64,000 nt of DNA. Source: Gammaproteobacteria bacterium. Its GTDB lineage: Bacteria; Pseudomonadota; Gammaproteobacteria; Eutrophobiales; Eutrophobiaceae. The notes beneath the pieces are model-generated. The model ran no database searches. It was not told the origin of the DNA and saw nothing but the letters and a program-made list of their open reading frames with translations. The stretch's first letter is position 1. Every line of letters starts with the position of its first letter. This document shows positions 59,109 to 64,000 of the stretch, piece after piece. The translations under genes were made by a program, and so were the position numbers. The stretch lies in the NCBI GenBank assembly GCA_965116585.1, contig OZ220714.1:159651-223650 (forward strand), in the 5' to 3' direction.

Positions 59109-61243
59109 TACCCGACGTATTCAAAATCGATTTTCTTCTCATCCACTTTAACGGCCAGTACGCTGATTCTGATCCGGTCGCCCAGGAAGAATTTCCGGCC
59201 CGAACGTTCGCCTGACAGCGAATGGGCAATGGGATCAAAGTGATAGTAATCAGTGGGCAGCGCGGAGATATGTACCAGGCCCTCAACGTAAATATCATCC
59301 AGTTCGACAAACAGGCCGAAGCCGGTGACACCGGAGATAATCCCGTTAAACACCTGGCCGGTCTTGTCCAGCATAAACTCACACTTCATGCGGGCGCTGA
59401 CGTCACGCACCGCCTCCTCGGCCCGCCGCTCGGTCATGGAACAATGCGCACCTAGCTGGTGTACGTCGTTTTTGTCGTACTCATAAGCTGCATTTTCCAC
59501 GATGTGGCGCAGCGCGCGGTGCACCAGCAGGTCGGGATAACGCCGGATCGGCGAGGTAAAATGCGTGTAGTGCTCGAAGGACAGGCCGAAATGACCCAGA
59601 TTCCTGCCCTCGTACACGGCCAGTGGCATACTGCGCAACAACACCGTCTCGATCAGGTGTTTATCTTCCCGGGTTCTGACCTGTTCCAGCAGGTTGGCAT
59701 AATCTCCGGCCGTGGGATCCAGGCCGCCCCCCAGTTCCAGGTTGAAATCGGCCAGGAACTTGCCGAGGTCGTTGAGTTTTTCCTGGTTCGGCGTGCCGTG
59801 ATTGCGAAACACACAGGGAACCTGCTGCTCCAGCAGGAACTGTGCCACCGAGACATTGGCCGCCAGCATGAATTCCTCGATGATTTTGTGGGCGTCATTG
59901 CGTTCCAGCGCGCGGATATCGCTCACCCCGCCCTGCTCATCAAAATACATCCTGATTTCGCTGGAAGAAAAATCCAGTAACCCCTGCTGCTGCCTGTGTG
60001 CATTCATGAGCCGGAACAACTCGTGCATGTCCCTGAGGTGCGGCACAAGGGAGTTATATTTTTCCTGCCCATTATTTTCGGGCGCATTGTTACCGGCCAG
60101 GATGTCGCTGACCTGGTTGTAGGTAAGGCGGGCGCTGGAGCGGATCACGGCCGGGTACAGACGGTATTTTTTGATTTGTCCAAGCTTGTTGATACGCATA
60201 TCGCATACCATGGCCAGCCGGTCGATATCCGGTTTCAGGGAGCAGAGATCGTTGGAAAGCAGTTCCGGCAACATGGGCACAACCCGGTTGGGGAAATACA
60301 CCGAATTGCCCCGCTCATGGGCAACCCGGTCCAGGGCCGTCCCCGGTTTTACATAATGTGACACGTCCGCAATGGCAACCACCAGACGCCATTGCCGGGC
60401 CTGTTTCTCACAGTAAACCGCGTCATCGAAATCCCGGGCGTCTTCGCCGTCTATGGTCACCAGCGGCAGGTCACGCAGGTTCTCCCTGCCCTTAAGCGCC
60501 TGTTTCTGTTGCAGGCCGGCCAGTTCGTCAGTCACGTCGTCCGGCCACTGGTGGGGAATTTGGTAGGCGCGTATGGCTATTTCCGTGGCCATGTCAACGG
60601 AGCCGGCATGGCCCAGCACCTCGATTACCTTGCCCATGGGTTGGGTGTGCTTGTCGGGCTGGTGCGTGATCTCGACGACGACAAATTCGCCGGACTTGGC
60701 CTTTTTGCGCTTTTGCGGCGGCACCAGGACATCCTGGTGCAGATGTTTGTTGTCGGGGACGACAAACGAGACGTTGTCTTCCTTGTAGAAGCGCCCCACT
60801 ACCGAGTGGTTGACATGCTCAAGCACCTCAACGATAATTGCTTCCCGGCGATTGCGCCGGTCATAACCACCGTAACGCACCACGACGTGGTCGCCGTGCA
60901 ATACGCCACGCATCTGCTTCATGGACAGAAACAGGTCCTCACCGCCTTGATCAGGCCGGAAGAAACCGTAACCATCGCCGTGGCCGATGACGCGCCCGGC
61001 CACGAGGTCCATCTTGTCCAGCAGGCCATAGCCCTCGCGGCGGTTGCGGATAAGCTGGCCATCGCGCAACATGGCCTTGAGGCGCTTGCTCAGCGCCGAG
61101 CGCTCGGCAGAACTGGTGACCTCCAGGGCCTGTGCAATGTCCGTCAGTTGCAGCGGCACTCCCGAACGTTGCAAAAACTCCAAAATCTCAGTTCGTTCGG
61201 GGATTGAGACAAGGTACTTCTCACTACTTTTTTTCTTTCCCAT
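59108..61243 (-). CDS. rnr: Ribonuclease R
   Basis: N-terminal HTH, DGYGF, TIDGEDARDFDDA, IEEFMLAAN, YTHFTSPIRRYPDL, S1 domain. Confidence 0.97.
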   Translation of the reverse strand: MGKKKSSEKYLVSIPERTEILEFLQRSGVPLQLTDIAQALEVTSSAERSALSKRLKAMLRDGQLIRNRREGYGLLDKMDLVAGRVIGHGDGYGFFRPDQGGEDLFLSMKQMRGVLHGDHVVVRYGGYDRRNRREAIIVEVLEHVNHSVVGRFYKEDNVSFVVPDNKHLHQDVLVPPQKRKKAKSGEFVVVEITHQPDKHTQPMGKVIEVLGHAGSVDMATEIAIRAYQIPHQWPDDVTDELAGLQQKQALKGRENLRDLPLVTIDGEDARDFDDAVYCEKQARQWRLVVAIADVSHYVKPGTALDRVAHERGNSVYFPNRVVPMLPELLSNDLCSLKPDIDRLAMVCDMRINKLGQIKKYRLYPAVIRSSARLTYNQVSDILAGNNAPENNGQEKYNSLVPHLRDMHELFRLMNAHRQQQGLLDFSSSEIRMYFDEQGGVSDIRALERNDAHKIIEEFMLAANVSVAQFLLEQQVPCVFRNHGTPNQEKLNDLGKFLADFNLELGGGLDPTAGDYANLLEQVRTREDKHLIETVLLRSMPLAVYEGRNLGHFGLSFEHYTHFTSPIRRYPDLLVHRALRHIVENAAYEYDKNDVHQLGAHCSMTERRAEEAVRDVSARMKCEFMLDKTGQVFNGIISGVTGFGLFVELDDIYVEGLVHISALPTDYYHFDPIAHSLSGERSGRKFFLGDRIRISVLAVKVDEKKIDFEYVG

Positions 61244-61254
61244 TCACATATCCA

Positions 61255-61283
61255 TTGACAGCCCTTGCCCGTAACGGTAGAGT
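61255..61283 (+). promoter_or_regulatory. Sigma70-type promoter directed at tRNA-Leu
   Basis: TTGACA (61255-61260), 17-nt spacer, TAGAGT (61278-61283). Confidence 0.65.
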
Positions 61284-61314
61284 CCGTCGTTTCAAAAAAC
61301 CTGATTGTACACCA

Positions 61315-61534
61315 AGTAACCTCTAAAAATGCCATCCTTGGCATTTTTAGAGACGGAAACGAAAAAATGCGATTTTCCGTTTCCTTCGTTATTAATCACT
61401 TACGTGACCAATCGGCAGGACTGCCGATTGGCGCAGCGCAAGCTGCCCGAAGGGTGACGTTCAGGATGAACGTCACGATTAAATGGCAGCATATCCCTAT
61501 GCTGCACGGGCACCTCTAATTTTTAGAGGTGCCC
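61315..61534 (-). mobile_element. MITE copy 2 (intact, 220 bp)
   Basis: Flanked by a 4-bp direct repeat ACCA (61311-61314 and 61535-61538); reverse complement of copy 1; made of consecutive hairpins. Confidence 0.9.
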
Positions 61535-61544
61535 ACCAGATCAT

Positions 61545-61631
61545 GCCGAGGTGGCGGAATTGGTAGACGCGCTAGCTTCAGGTGTTAGTGGGGGTAACCC
61601 CGTGAAGGTTCAAGTCCTTTCCTCGGCACCA
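61545..61631 (+). tRNA. tRNA-Leu (CAG)
   Basis: Acceptor stem gccgagg/cctcggc-ACCA, D-loop TGGTAGAC, anticodon arm ctagc-tt-CAG-gt-gttag, long variable arm, GGTTCAAGTCC T-arm. Confidence 0.97.
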
Positions 61632-61637
61632 GCTGTT

Positions 61638-61727
61638 GAATTAAGAATTAGGAATTAGGAATGAACGTGCCGTCTGGTGCGGCAGTTTTTATTGCTCCAA
61701 TTCATTAACTCCTAATTCTTAATTCCC
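61638..61727. repeat. Inverted heptamer tandem-repeat element D
   Basis: gaattaagaattaggaattaggaatg, then gtgccgtctggtgcggca, then taactcctaattcttaattccc; lies between convergent tRNA-Leu and purA. Confidence 0.85.
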
Positions 61728-61730
61728 ACA

Positions 61731-63026
<1,296 letters not shown>

Positions 63027-64000
63027 CTAAATCTTCCTGACCTGCCAACGTCCGGATACCAGCACGATCTCCCGGTCGCAGACGGTCGTGTCCGGCTCAG
63101 CCGCGGCAGCCTCCCCCGGTAACCGGTAGATCACGATTTCCCCCTGTTCCCTTAAACTGTCCACCAGTTCATACAACCCGGGAACGTCGGAGTTGGGCGC
63201 GTAGATGCCTTTTTTCGGCGCGTGCGCCGGCGGCGCCAACTCAAACAGCTTTAACGCATCCGTGCTGAAACCGGTTGCGGGGCGCGCCCGGCCGAATGCT
63301 TCACAGACCCCATCGTAACGCCCGCCGAAAGCGATACCCTCACTCTCGCCCGGCACGTAGGCGACAAACGTCATGCCGGTGTGGTAGTGATAACCCTGAA
63401 ACTCGGTTACGTCAAAATACAGCGGCGCACCGTTGACCTGGCGTGCAGTGAGCTGTGCAATCTGCTCCAGTTCATCCACGTAGCCGCGTAAAGTCGCACC
63501 GCAGGGTTTCAGGATGGTCCTTACTTCCTCCAGTATGCCGGCATCCCCCTCCAGTTCCATCAGCCTGAGCAGGGCCGTGCCGTACTCATTGTCCAGGCGC
63601 CATTCATTGAGCATGGTTTGCAATTCATCAATTGCTTTTCTCTGCACACAACTGACCAGCAGGCTCTCGCGTTCCGGGTCCAGTTGCATGGGGTTGGTCA
63701 GGCCTTGCATGATACCGATGTGGCCAACGTCAACGTGCACATCGTGCAGTCCGGCGAGTTGCAGTGTCCTGAGCATCAGCGCCAGGATTTCGGCGTCGCT
63801 CTCTATGCCTTTGTGGCCGTACAGTTCCGCGCCCACCTGCAACAGCGCACGCGCCGCGCCGGGCCCGCCGGGCAAGGTGCGCAGCACGGCGCCGATATAA
63901 CACAGCCGGCTGGGCTGCTTGCGTTTCAGGTTGTGCACCTCGATGCGCGCCACCTGGGGGGTGGTATCCGCGCGTATACCCATCAGTTTGCCGCTTAACT
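63027..64000 (-). CDS. hisZ: ATP phosphoribosyltransferase regulatory subunit (5' end outside the window)
   Basis: GIRADTTPQVARI, QVGAELYG, YHYHTG, GGRYD, RPATGFS; directly upstream of purA. Confidence 0.93.
   Translation of the reverse strand, partial: LSGKLMGIRADTTPQVARIEVHNLKRKQPSRLCYIGAVLRTLPGGPGAARALLQVGAELYGHKGIESDAEILALMLRTLQLAGLHDVHVDVGHIGIMQGLTNPMQLDPERESLLVSCVQRKAIDELQTMLNEWRLDNEYGTALLRLMELEGDAGILEEVRTILKPCGATLRGYVDELEQIAQLTARQVNGAPLYFDVTEFQGYHYHTGMTFVAYVPGESEGIAFGGRYDGVCEAFGRARPATGFSTDALKLFELAPPAHAPKKGIYAPNSDVPGLYELVDSLREQGEIVIYRLPGEAAAAEPDTTVCDREIVLVSGRWQVRKI

Noticed and set aside
61265-61519. Similar short ORFs at 61265..61519 (+) and 29220..29486 (-)
   Set aside because: The similarity comes from the two MITE copies; starts and ends differ and an indel shifts the 5' frame, so a conserved peptide is unsupported.
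61545-61727. tRNA-Leu as an integration site for a genomic island
   Set aside because: No integrase and no duplicated tRNA 3' end are seen; purA follows directly.

Overview
GC-rich gammaproteobacterial chromosomal segment. The taxon is inferred from hisZ-purA-tRNA-Leu-rnr-rlmB, rpsF-rpsR-DUF2232-rplI-dnaB-alr-radA, uvrA/ssb, zapE and a Pseudomonas-type cysI-DUF934 pair. Core genes are interleaved with accessory blocks: (i) a peptide/amide-scavenging run (nirBD, DUF885, POT transporter, TonB-dependent receptor, two paralogous exported amidohydrolases, Gfo/Idh/MocA oxidoreductase); (ii) an SDR/enoyl-CoA hydratase/acyl-CoA dehydrogenase trio; (iii) leuCD-thiolase-phaC-GST; (iv) a sigma-less partner-switching module; (v) an oxidative tailoring cluster with two divergent P450s, a sulfotransferase, an MpaB/Lcp-like oxygenase split at a G9 tract, MAPEG, esterase, flavin monooxygenase and a CDGSH protein. 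The non-coding DNA holds three repeat systems. One is a 220-bp hairpin-rich MITE in two copies, each with a 4-bp target duplication; one copy is interrupted by an IS630 carrying a passenger HTH gene and the other lies between tRNA-Leu and its promoter. The second is four inverted (GGAATTA)n...(TAATTCC)n elements, three sharing a GC palindrome core. The third is an analogous inverted 9-10-mer element inside leuCD. No CRISPR array, rRNA or prophage was seen. All calls come from reading motifs by eye; no database searches were run.
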